A stretch of 61,983 nt of DNA, counting the filler, from Globobulimina sp. (taxonomy: Eukaryota): NCBI GenBank assembly GCA_003354225.1. It is 15 parts of 15 records of this genome, joined end to end, with 100 filler letters (N's around TTAATTAATTAA, not from the genome) between each part and the next. Parts side by side here need not be neighbours in the genome. Positions count along the whole stretch, not along the records: positions 20,713 to 24,753 come from PIVH01001697.1; positions 24,854 to 28,892 come from PIVH01001698.1; positions 28,993 to 33,031 come from PIVH01001699.1; positions 33,132 to 37,169 come from PIVH01001700.1; 11 more parts are not named here. One strand, written 5' to 3'. Below, one piece after another: positions 23,794 through 34,741 of the stretch. The first letter of the stretch is position 1. Each line of letters opens with the position of its first letter. Position numbers and translations under genes: made by a program. The notes below the pieces were generated by a model. That model ran no database searches. It had not been told where the DNA came from and worked only from the letters and a program-made list of their open reading frames with translations.

Positions 23794-24753
23794 TTATTCT
23801 TTTTGAAACGCAGATTGATGAACATAGAAAAATATATACGCATTTTTTTGTGCTTTATTATCGGTTGCAATTTGATCTGAAATATTTGATACATATTGAT
23901 CATCATTTCGTATCCAATTTGCTTTATCCTCCTTCATTGTCAACACATCGGTGATATAATGACCAGATTGATAATTAAGACCTAAATGACGCACAATACT
24001 CCGCAAATTATACTGTGTATAATCTATATTATTCGGCAAACATTCTTCCTCACAAACACTCCGGAATTCATTTATATTGCCACTATTTTCAATATTATTG
24101 TCGTTTTTATTTGCATCATTATTATTATCCGGTAAACATTCCATTGATTCCAATTCCAACGATGCAGCCAATGCTCTTTGTAAATCAGCATCGTTATCAT
24201 CGCCAAAACTGTTATTATTATTATTCTTATTCTCGTTATTCTCATTATGATTTGCTTTCTGTTTATCAAAACATTCCGTAATGGTTATCTGCTTTTTGTT
24301 ATTTATATTATTATTATTCTTTTCCTCCGTTTTTTGTTTTTTACTTTGAGGCTGTTTAAAGTCAGAATCATCACTGTCTCTCTTTCTTTTCTTTTCCTTT
24401 TCCTTTTTTTTATGCAGTTCAATGCTTTTCCAATATCTTAAATACATTTTAGCATATTCTTTGATCTCAGCAACGGAGCCATTTTCGCCTAATATCTCTT
24501 CACATTTAGATTTGGCCCAAATTGCTTGCCAGCACTCGTCCATTGCCGTCCATTCCTTTGCTTGTAGCTCCGCCTGCAGCTCACTCATAAACTCATCATC
24601 ATCCACAGCCATATTAATATTGATATTATTTATATTCTTTATCAATGGCGGAATATTCCCATTCAATATAACGATATCATCATCGTCATCTTTCTCATCT
24701 ATTATATCTTTGTAATCCGCCTTATTTAAAGCAGGCTGCATATCTGCTGCTAA
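23794..24753 (-). CDS. Ubiquitin-specific protease (C19), C-terminal half with UIM, USP26/29/37-like; 5' end off-contig
   Basis: His box YNLRSIVRHLG..SGHYITDV, WIRNDDQYV and AYIFFYVH; UIM DADLQRALAASLE. Confidence 0.85.
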   Translation of the reverse strand, partial: LAADMQPALNKADYKDIIDEKDDDDDIVILNGNIPPLIKNINNININMAVDDDEFMSELQAELQAKEWTAMDECWQAIWAKSKCEEILGENGSVAEIKEYAKMYLRYWKSIELHKKKEKEKKRKRDSDDSDFKQPQSKKQKTEEKNNNNINNKKQITITECFDKQKANHNENNENKNNNNNSFGDDNDADLQRALAASLELESMECLPDNNNDANKNDNNIENSGNINEFRSVCEEECLPNNIDYTQYNLRSIVRHLGLNYQSGHYITDVLTMKEDKANWIRNDDQYVSNISDQIATDNKAQKNAYIFFYVHQSAFQKE

Positions 24754-25192
24754 NNNNNNNNNNNNNNNNNNNNNNNNNNNNNNNNNNNNNNNNNNNNTTA
24801 ATTAATTAANNNNNNNNNNNNNNNNNNNNNNNNNNNNNNNNNNNNNNNNNNNNGGTAAACATTCATGAAAACATTTTTAACATTTTCTTTTTTTATCATG
24901 CTTTCGTCATGTTTGGTATCATGTTTGTTATTGATAAACTAAATGGATTACGTGGTATTAAATATTATGGACATTATTTTGTTGTCTATGTTTTGCCGAT
25001 CCTGGTAGGATCAAGAAAACATGGACACGTGGTATAAATAAAATTATATGGTATTTATTGTGGACGGGCACCAATCCCTACAACTGGTACAAATTTATTT
25101 TAAACGGTGGTATAGATTTTATTATGTTGACGGGCGCCAAACCCTAGAACTGGTACAAATTTATTGTAAGCGAAATTATTTGGAAGGAACGA

Positions 25193-25229
<37 letters not shown>

Positions 25230-25661
25230 ATTTTATTGTTTTGTTGATGTTTTCTATTCTATTCTTATTGATAGAAATAGAAAACATATAAAATTTTGAT
25301 TTATTGTGGGCGGGATGTCGATTGTAATTTTTCACTCCGTTTTTCTTGTTCAACAAGAAAATCAGAGTGTGTTAACACATTTATGTTTGTTATATTTTGT
25401 TTGTATGTTACTTATTATGACGACAAATGTTTTTCTTAAATTTCAAAAAAACTTTACGAACTCACAACTCATCATGACATCTTGTGTGTGTTTTAATATG
25501 TCAGTACGTTTGCAGAATAATACACTGACACAATTTTGTTGAACAGATATGTTTTGTTTATGTATTTTTCTTTTGTGTTTAGACAAATATTTCTTTTTTC
25601 TTTATGCAGTTTTTTTGGGAAATATCAGACGTGGAATTAATTCGTTGGTTGGCTGGCAGAA

Positions 25662-25903
25662 TCAATATATAACATCTATAGCAGGTACATATATTATGGC
25701 GTTTATAGTGGGTACATTGGGCGGTGAGAGATGAATGAGAGCGAATATTATTGCATTTACAGTGAGTAAAATAGGCGGTGGAGAGCGAGGAATAACCGCC
25801 AATATTTTGGCATCTATAGCGAGTACAATGGGCGGTGGAGAGAGCGAGGAATATAACTGCCAATAATATGGCATTTATAGTGAGTACATTGGGCGGTGGA
25901 GAG
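25662..25903. repeat. Tandem minisatellite, ~55-61 bp unit (ATATTATGGCATTTATAGTGAGTACATTGGGCGGTGGAGAG...), 4 copies plus a partial
   Basis: Units start at ~25691, 25745, 25802 and 25863. Confidence 0.8.
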
Positions 25904-26052
25904 ACTATTGGTTGGATTAAAATGGATCGTTTGCACCGATCCAATGTCAGTGCGTTTTGTGAGATTAAATTAGTTTATAATGGATCGATAGCACCGGTCC
26001 AATGTCAGTGCGTTTTACGAGACAGAAATATTTATAAATTGTTTTTCTTTAT

Positions 26053-26084
26053 TTGTTTGCGCCCGAAATTTCGGGCGCAAACAA
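26053..26084. repeat. Perfect 32-bp palindrome TTGTTTGCGCCCGAAATTTCGGGCGCAAACAA
   Basis: The sequence equals its own reverse complement. Confidence 0.9.
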
Positions 26085-26520
26085 CAAAATTAATTTGTTT
26101 ACAATGTTTGTAAAACTTTTCTGTGTTTATATTTTTAGATAATATTTCATATTTTTAACTGTTTCTCCGCTCAATTATGAAAAATAGTTTTTGGTGATGA
26201 TGACTGAGCAATTTTAAGTAAAGTTTTCATCTTTTTTTCACTGAAATTCGCATTCATGTCGCACAACATACGAGTGTATGATATTATTTTATCTGCACAA
26301 CAATTAACAGCAAGTGTATGTTGGATATATATATTTATATTGCATCAACGGAATAAAGGAATAAAAAAACTGAATAAAGGAATAAAAAAAAATAGAAATA
26401 GAATTGATTGAAATATACTGAAATTATTATGTGATATTGAGAGCTATATAGGGGTCACAAATAATATCAATAAAAAAAATAATAAAAAACAGATTCAATC
26501 AATATAATAAAAAAGAATAA

Positions 26521-28786
26521 TTATTGTCCCATATTATAACACTCAAAATCTTCATCAATTGGATAATTCTCAGGGGAAAGTCGTACGTCATTATCATCAA
26601 CATATGTGCTATCAACATCACCGGTACCATCCGTAAGCATATTGTTGTTCTTGTTAATAGCTTCATTTTCATATTCCATTAATTTATCATCTGGTGAACT
26701 AATTACATCTGCATCTAACTTTGATAATTCTCTCGAAATACTAATTGGTGGCGGTGATCCAAACATAGATCCTTGTTGCATATTATTAGCAAATGGTGAT
26801 GGTCTTAATGGACTCAAACATAATTGATTCTGTCGTGGTGGCATACTTTGCATATCTTCATCATCCGCATCACAACTTTCATTGTAATTTGTTAAATTCA
26901 AAACAGTGCTATAAAATACTGATGACGTTATTGTGGGTTGTTGCTGTAACGATGATATCGATGACTGTGGTTGTGCTAATTGTGTGAATTGGGCAGCTGT
27001 TGATTGTGAATTATTATTGTGATTATTATTTCTATTTAATTGGTTATGCAAGGCACTGGATCGCTGCGTCTGTTGGACATACTGCGATTTATTTAAAGTG
27101 AAACCTTGCTGTGTACCTATCGAATGTTGGGATACATTGACTATAGATCCAGACGCAGGTACAATGATTTGATTATTTGGTAAATGTGGTAATTGGGACA
27201 TTTCTAAACCAGATGTTGGTTGCATATCCATATCGCCTACAACATTGTTGTCTGAACTCGCACACATTGATAAAAAATCTTGATAGAGGTGTGGTTGTGC
27301 TTCAGTTTGTTGGTGAGATTGTTGTAATTGTAATTGTGATTGGTGTTGTGGTTGGGATATAACTTGTTGGTGAGCAATATGTTCATCATAATATATTTTG
27401 CATTCATCTTTTTGTAGATATGTTTGGAGATTTGCATTTGCTGATGATTCTATTCGAACATGATCTTGTTTTGTGGCCTTGAAATTTGCTTCATTAAATA
27501 ATATAACTTGTAATTCCGGTAATAATTCCCAACAAGGCATATGCTCTAAAAAAGTAATAACATTTATAGGAATATCATTTTTTGAGCACAATGTAAATAT
27601 CGAATGAGAGACGAATGATTTCAATGCATATATTTTTGCCTATATATACAAATTATTGTTATACACAAAAAAATATATAATATATACAGATATAACACAC
27701 CCTCAATTTTGCAATATCATTGTCTGGGGACACACCATCATTACTAACACTGAACACCGCCATAGTACTCATTGCATCTTCTTCGGGACGTTCTGGTGAA
27801 GGTCCTCGGAAAAATCGATTAACGTCTCTGGGATTGCGTTCATGTGCTACGTTAGCATTTACATTTACAGATTGTGCATTGTCATCATTTTTATTTTCAT
27901 TGTCATCATTATTATGTGCACTGTCATCACTTTTATTTTCAACATTTTCAATACAGTTTTGATATTTCCTCATCCATTCTTTCCCAGCTCCCATGATACA
28001 TAGCGGTATTTTTGGATGTCCACCATGCGATATAAATCTATCTCCTTTCTCTAATCCTGTTTGAATAACTTTCGCCACTTCGATTCGGAAATATGTTGCA
28101 TGTGATTCAGAATCTAATGCGGTCTCAACACCTCTCAGCTTCAAACTTAATAAATATATTATATACAAAAAATTGTACGTTATATATTATAGCAGTGTAT
28201 AGACAAAAATATAAACATACAATTCCATCATTCTGCAAATATAGACAGCAGCACTAGACATTTGTTCAAATCGTGTCGCTACACTAAACTCGAATAATCT
28301 CGTTTTACTTCCTTGTTTAAAAATGAAAACAGGAAAATATGCCGCTCTATAAAACCATGAGAGTTTTACCCGATGTTTCCACACTTTTACCTTTCGCCCG
28401 CATGTTTGAGGAGAATGTGGGAGATTATAATATTTTAAATGATTAACACCAGCCACATGAATGCACCAACTAACCGCTTCAAGTCTCTCGCGTTCTGTTT
28501 CAAAGTCACCATGCAAAGCGTCATAAAAATAAAAATAGCATATGCATGATCCTACCCGGCTTGTTAAAAATAATTCAGATTGCTTTGCTTTTACTTTTTT
28601 CTCTTCTTTTTCATCCTCAATATTCATTTTGAGAGATTTATTGAATTTTTCTTTCAGAGCCGATGGCACTGCTGACGGATTTAATGCCATCTGGGCCCAC
28701 ACTTTGTTCTGTCGTGCATATTCATTGCATTTTTGGAAGCACCATGGGCTATCCTTTGGTATTGGTATTTGTGATGAGTAATTCAT
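26521..28786 (-). CDS. Three-exon protein of unknown function with a Gln/Ser-rich C-terminal region
   Basis: Three consecutive minus-strand ORFs (28187-28786, 27659-28168, 26521-27624) separated by intron-like AT-rich stretches. Confidence 0.55.
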
Positions 28787-29135
28787 GATTGCAGTATAAA
28801 GATGTTGTTGTTTTAAGTTTTTAAATTGGAGTTTTCTTTTCTTAGTGACAAAAAGTCTATCTATACATGATGAAAACGAAATAACTCAAACANNNNNNNN
28901 NNNNNNNNNNNNNNNNNNNNNNNNNNNNNNNNNNNNTTAATTAATTAANNNNNNNNNNNNNNNNNNNNNNNNNNNNNNNNNNNNNNNNNNNNAATATTGT
29001 TTCTCATCTTTGCATGCTGTGCATTTGCAATTTGGTTGACATTTCCTCTCGCTTTGGGTACATAAATTAGTGCGGGAATATTTTATTACATTTGTAGATA
29101 TATATTCTGCAGATAGCATTTGATTTTGATGAGCA

Positions 29136-30104
29136 ATGCATGCAATAACTACGAATGTAATAAAATATCTGGCTATGTATGTATTTTTAAAAGGTATTTA
29201 TGACACTGATGAGATGCCGGAAAGTACCTATTATTGGATAGGTTATTGCTATATATTTATGTCGTCAATATTCTGTTTCATATTGTCCCTAATTGGCACT
29301 TATTGGGTACTAAATCGGTCCGGTGTTATTGATAGAAAACATACCGATGCATTTCGAATATTATCACCAAAAAAACGCATCCAATATCAAAGAATGATCG
29401 CAGCTGCGGGGAAAACGAAAAAGGAGAATTATGTGTCGATTATAGATACCACAAAATCTGTGCAGTCGTCAACTCCCTTAACAGCGCCATTGATAAGCGG
29501 TGGTTGCAGAGATATTACAGGAACGCCAATAAATGATCCAAATACATTGGCTTTGTGGGAATTATTGAGTACAGAATATGGATTTGATGCCTTTATTCAC
29601 CATATTTCACAGGAATTTTGTGTAGAAACGTTATTAAGTTGCGTGGAATTAGTGCAGTTTCAGAGATTGTATGGTGTGGATGAGCAGGATATATTGTTGG
29701 TGTTTCCTGAGTGTATTCCACGATCATCGATTGTGTATAATAAAAACTATTCGTGCTATGATGTGATACGTAAATTATGTGAAAAGTATATATTCAATGG
29801 GTCAGAATTAGAATTGAATATAAGTTATAGATTAAGGAAAGATTTGAGAGAATTGTATCTAAAAATACATCAAATACCGATAACAATTTGTAAAACGTTT
29901 TTTAATGAGGTTATTGTTGATATGATTGATTTGATGCAAGACTCTTTTTATCGATTTAAAAAAACGGAACAATATCAATATCTGAAAATTAATAAACAAT
30001 TCAACAAGAAATTAAGAAAAAATAAAAAACAGTTTAATATTTCAAATAAGAATAATAATAAAACAGAAATACAAATTCATCAATCATTAAATTTTGTTAT
30101 CTGA
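29136..30104 (+). CDS. Transmembrane RGS-domain protein (TM-RGS type), 5' part probably missing
   Basis: TM segments followed by RGS motifs LLSTEYGFDAFIHHISQEFCVETL, KYIFNGSELELNISY and LMQDSFYRF. Confidence 0.8.
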   Translation: MHAITTNVIKYLAMYVFLKGIYDTDEMPESTYYWIGYCYIFMSSIFCFILSLIGTYWVLNRSGVIDRKHTDAFRILSPKKRIQYQRMIAAAGKTKKENYVSIIDTTKSVQSSTPLTAPLISGGCRDITGTPINDPNTLALWELLSTEYGFDAFIHHISQEFCVETLLSCVELVQFQRLYGVDEQDILLVFPECIPRSSIVYNKNYSCYDVIRKLCEKYIFNGSELELNISYRLRKDLRELYLKIHQIPITICKTFFNEVIVDMIDLMQDSFYRFKKTEQYQYLKINKQFNKKLRKNKKQFNISNKNNNKTEIQIHQSLNFVI

Positions 30105-30422
30105 TCGTATTAATTAAATTTTGTTATTTCTTCTTGTCAATTTTTATTTCTTCTTGGCAAAAAGTACATGATCGGCAGCTGATCGACATGGTCCTAAAAT
30201 ATTTCCTATACTAAAAAACTCAAAAACCGCATGGCAACTGTGGCAAAAAATAGATTGAACAAAGTGCTTGGACATTTGACGCATGGTATAGTGTATTTAT
30301 ATTATTCCTTATTGACGACCAACAAATGATTAGAAAATAATTGTAGGAATTGTAAGAATTGCATGAATATAATCCCGGCCAAAACATTTTTAAAGTTGTC
30401 TAGTCATCAAACGTTAATTGAA

Positions 30423-31055
30423 ATGGCGTTCTTCCCACTGTTGATAATTGCAGTGATTAGCACCGTTGGTAACTCTGCAAAAGACATAATTTGTCCATCT
30501 TACCCACCGACAGCGCCTCTCGATCCCAACGTATTCACGAATGTGTTAAATTCAAAAATATCACCAGATGATATAATGGAATTATTAAAATTAGAACCAA
30601 TGGTTGAAGAGGGAGGATATTTCAATCAAACGTATAGAGCTAGAGATATTGGAGAATTTGATGGTGTCAATCAAACAGCATCAACGCAAATATATTATAT
30701 GATTACACCTCAATCATATTCAGCGATGCATAAATTGACAAAGGATGAAGTGTGGCATTTTTATATGGGCGATCCCGCCGAAATGTTATTAATTTATCCC
30801 GATGGAAGCCATAAAATTATAACAATGGGCAATGATATTATGAATGGGGAGATATTGCAGTATGTTATCCTCAAAGGAATATGGTTTGGTGCCAAAATCA
30901 AAAAAGCAAAATGTGGTTATTCACTATTTGGTGCAACAGTAGCGCCTGGATTTGAATATGTTGATTTTACGCTGGGAAACAGAGATTTGATGATTGGAAT
31001 CTATCCCCATTTGGAAAAATTAATCATTGACTACACATTTCCTGTCAATCAATAA
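30423..31055 (+). CDS. Cupin_5 (DUF985) family protein with signal peptide
   Basis: LKLEPMVEEGGYFNQTY, TQIYYMI, HKLTKDEVWHFYMGDP, QYVILKGIWFGA and TVAPGFEYVDF; signal peptide MAFFPLLIIAVISTVGNSA. Confidence 0.88.
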   Translation: MAFFPLLIIAVISTVGNSAKDIICPSYPPTAPLDPNVFTNVLNSKISPDDIMELLKLEPMVEEGGYFNQTYRARDIGEFDGVNQTASTQIYYMITPQSYSAMHKLTKDEVWHFYMGDPAEMLLIYPDGSHKIITMGNDIMNGEILQYVILKGIWFGAKIKKAKCGYSLFGATVAPGFEYVDFTLGNRDLMIGIYPHLEKLIIDYTFPVNQ

Positions 31056-31333
31056 ATAACTATATCTATATACAACAAAATTAATTAACATTTTCAACAA
31101 TACTTTACCGTCGTCATTTTTCCCCTCATCACTACGGTACGGTTAGAAAAGACGATGAAAGGAAGCAAAGGGAGTTCGGATTCAGGTCAGGTTTACTTAC
31201 GCTCAGAAACGCGTTGGAGTGCAAGGATAAAATGTTATCATTTAATTTCAAACAGATACATGTGAACCAAAAAAAAAAGACAATATCAAGACAATTTGAT
31301 TGCTACAATTTGATTTTATAAAATAAATAATTT

Positions 31334-31663
31334 TTACCATTCTGTTTGCGCTTTGTTTGGTTGCGAAAATCGATTATAGCACATAGTAATTCCACCACAG
31401 AGACACATTCCAAACGACAATGACATAAATTGCCAAATTAATAGACCATATAATGAGACTGTCACAAATCCTGAACCTTCTTCATCATATCCGACCATAT
31501 TATTTTGTGATGATTGCTCAGTATCTACATCTACATCCTCCTCATAATAATAATCATAATTGCCATCATCTCCATAAACCATTGACAATAAAACAAATAG
31601 AAATGTAATTATTAAAAACATGTGACGCGGTGCCATCTCGATTGTATTCGTTTTTAGTGACAC
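31334..31663 (-). CDS. Small type I membrane protein of unknown function
   Basis: Signal peptide, acidic ectodomain and one TM helix. Confidence 0.55.
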   Translation of the reverse strand: MSLKTNTIEMAPRHMFLIITFLFVLLSMVYGDDGNYDYYYEEDVDVDTEQSSQNNMVGYDEEGSGFVTVSLYGLLIWQFMSLSFGMCLCGGITMCYNRFSQPNKAQTEW

Positions 31664-31964
31664 TCTTTTTTGACTACCTTAAATAAAATGCATTTTTGCT
31701 CTAAAAATAATGTCCAATCACTGTGCTACTCATATCGATACAACTCATATCTAGATACATCTCCCATTAGTAGTGGGCCACTACGCTCTTAAAAACTATC
31801 ATAAACAAAACTAGCGTACTGAATTTATGCCTGAGTTAGACTATTAAAGGGGATGGTACATTTTTTACACGCAGCTGTCTGATTATGAAATAATATTATA
31901 AAATACTACTAAAAATAGAGCATCTAGCAATATTTGTCAGAAAAACAAACACAAACTCTACAAC

Positions 31965-33031
31965 ATGTCTTTTCTTAGCAAAAGTTCAAAGAGAAAAGTT
32001 TGGTTGGATATGGATTCAATGGCTTTTTTCACAAAAGGTAATTTAATCGACGGTCTTGCAGATCAAGATGATGGATTTGCGGCAATTGCTGTATTGCATT
32101 GTCCTGATTTATTCGATATCCGGGGATTCAGTGCAGTTTATGGAAACGGGTCTATCGATGAAACATATAAATCTCTCAACAAAATTAGAGAAACTTATTA
32201 TGGAAAGGAAAACAAGAAAGCACCTCCAATTTTTAAAGGTGCAGCATCAGATCTGATGTGCAAATTACACACAGGTCAACTAGCACAAAAAAGAGAAATA
32301 AAAGCGGTAGAAAATGAGGCAGCATTAGCGATGATTACTGAACTGAAATCTTTGAAAGAAAATGAGAAATTAGATATTCTGGCCACTGGGCCTGTAACAA
32401 ATGTGGCTGAGATGATTTTATTGTTATCACAGCAGAAAAAATCACATTTATTGAAGAAAGTTGGAACCGTTTACACATGTGCAGGTAGACGAAATGTGGA
32501 TCAATTATTTATAGTAGGCACTGAACAATCAAAAGCATTTCTTGACATGAATTTTGACTTTGATCCACTGGCTTTTGAAACGTTATTACAAAATGATTTG
32601 CATATTGTATTAGCTGGGTTTGAGGTTGCTACGCATTTTTGGATGACACAAGCTGACTTAGATAAATTAAAAAAAAATGGAGATAAAGTTATTGCTGAAT
32701 TGGTTGATAGTAACCCTGTAAAAAATTGGATCAATCATTGGAAAGGATGGAGAAATATGTGGTCACCTACACCGGATCATGACACAGGTATACCAATTCC
32801 TGGGTTTCATCCTTTTGATCTGTTAACTGCGATGTACATGATTGTACCTGAATTTTTTCATTCATATCATCAGAATGCACGTTTAGAGATCAATCATATG
32901 AATGATCCATGTTATAAAGATAAACAAGTGTTTAAAACGTATTTGTTGTGTCCGGCATTACAGAAAACAAAGGTGTCAAGAATTGGTAGAATTACTTATG
33001 TTCATAACATTATGAAGAAAGAAGAATTTAA
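31965..33031 (+). CDS. Inosine/uridine-preferring nucleoside hydrolase; 3' end truncated
   Basis: WLDMD..DQDDGFA, SAVYGN, ILATGPVTNVA, NFDFDPLA and HPFDLLTA. Confidence 0.88.
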
Positions 33032-33131
33032 NNNNNNNNNNNNNNNNNNNNNNNNNNNNNNNNNNNNNNNNNNNNTTAATTAATTAANNNNNNNNNNNNN
33101 NNNNNNNNNNNNNNNNNNNNNNNNNNNNNNN

Positions 33132-33654
33132 GCTGTCTCCTATGATAAGTGTATTGCTCTCGGCGACAACTACAGAAAACTACAGCGAAAACCAAATAAT
33201 ATATTACAGGTAATCCATAAATGAAAATACTTAGTGTAACAAATAAGGCAAACTCTTGCTGCAAATACCCCAAATAATGTCTGCATAGCACCAATGATGC
33301 AATACATACGAAAGCTGTCCCAAACCCAATCCTGGCAATTTTTTTGACTCTATGCGAGATGTTTGAGACTTGGATAAGTATCGTAAACAGGAACACTTGG
33401 ATAGCAGTGGTGAAGCCAGTTTCAAGTGCTCTCCAAATTGCGAAAATTACAGATTTCTCGTCTATGTGAAGACTATGTTTTCCTGTTTTAAAGAAATACT
33501 TAAAGATTAGAAATATACCATTGAATAATACAACAAATAAATAAAACTGTAAGATTCGTTCATAAAATGGTAACAGATTCTGATTTGTATGATAATTGTC
33601 TCGGTTTTTCCTTCTATTGCGATATACCAATAATACAACACAAACTACAACCAA
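33132..33654 (-). CDS. Multi-pass membrane protein (possibly GPCR-like), partial
   Basis: At least five hydrophobic helices. The frame stays open upstream of 33654, and the ORF is truncated at the contig edge. Confidence 0.5.
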
Positions 33655-33826
33655 AAAATCGGCAATTGCTGAGATTAGAATTGAATATCCTTCTTCATCT
33701 AAAGGAGGTATAAATCCATTAATATCATATAGTGACTCACAGATGGAGATGTCTGTTAAATGAATATCAAACCACTCTATAAACTCTGTTTGTTACTCAG
33801 CCATTCACGTCAACTTGCTGGACGTA

Positions 33827-33858
33827 AACGATATATTCCAAAAGATAACCCCACCCCC
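33827..33858. repeat. Solo arm of repeat family C (AACGATATATTCCAAAAGATAACCCC)
   Basis: Matches the arms of the inverted repeat at 49749-49903. Confidence 0.7.
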
Positions 33859-33974
33859 AAAAATATAACATTCTGACGCTGATGAAGCAAAAAGGGGGAA
33901 AGGATCGGAAATGTCACTTATGTGACACTTATTAATAATAATTAAATATAGTACTATACATTCAGTAACATTCT

Positions 33975-34688
33975 TTACAATATAGCAAATTTACAATAAC
34001 GCACAGTTACATTGTTTAGAATTTGCTGATTTTGCTTCAATCTATCCATTACATTCTCTTTGTTAACAACATCATTTCTATGCTCTTTCAAGATGTAAAA
34101 TGCCATGGTCTGAAATATAGCATCAATACCATTGCCAGATAATGAGCTTGTTTCAACATATTTTTTAATATTACTCTGTTCGAGCAATTGCTTAGCACTT
34201 CCCGTTGACACTTTTCTTTCATCCTTTAAATCACTTTTTGCCCCAACTAACACCATTATTGCGTCATCATTACCATGTTCCTTAAAATGTGGCAGCCAAA
34301 ATTCTTTTATTCTCTTCAAACTCTGTTTATTTGTTAAATCAAACACAAAAAATACTCCATTTACACGACTACTATACATTTGATGCGGTGTTTCGTAGCC
34401 GTTATGTCCCGCTGCATCCAAAACAATATAATGTACAATGTCACCATTCACAGAAACAACACGCTCAATTGTATCTACTCCATATGTCCTGTCATACTCT
34501 TCACAAAACCCGCCATTTGCATATCTTAAAACGATACTTGATTTACCAACACCTGATTCACCTATTAACAGTACCCTAATTTGGAATTTTGCCTCTGATC
34601 GTCTGTACTCGCAACTGTATCTATACCTACGATCTCGAGTGCCTTCATTTTCTCCAACCGGTACTTCTTCAAAAGATTCTCTCGACAT
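33975..34688 (-). CDS. Rab-family small GTPase (likely start MSRESFEE at 34688)
   Basis: G1 GESGVGKS, effector TYGVD, G3 DAAGH, G4 GAKSDL and G5 ETSS. G3 and G4 are divergent. Confidence 0.88.
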   Translation of the reverse strand: MSRESFEEVPVGENEGTRDRRYRYSCEYRRSEAKFQIRVLLIGESGVGKSSIVLRYANGGFCEEYDRTYGVDTIERVVSVNGDIVHYIVLDAAGHNGYETPHQMYSSRVNGVFFVFDLTNKQSLKRIKEFWLPHFKEHGNDDAIMVLVGAKSDLKDERKVSTGSAKQLLEQSNIKKYVETSSLSGNGIDAIFQTMAFYILKEHRNDVVNKENVMDRLKQNQQILNNVTVRYCKFAIL

Positions 34689-34741
34689 CTCACTAAATAG
34701 ATTTTTTAGTGTTTCCTGCTCGAAATTCAAACGGTCAGACC

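Noticed and set aside
25192-25229. (GA)n tract and the ORFs crossing it
   Set aside because: It is a simple microsatellite; the ERER and SLSL peptides are artefacts.
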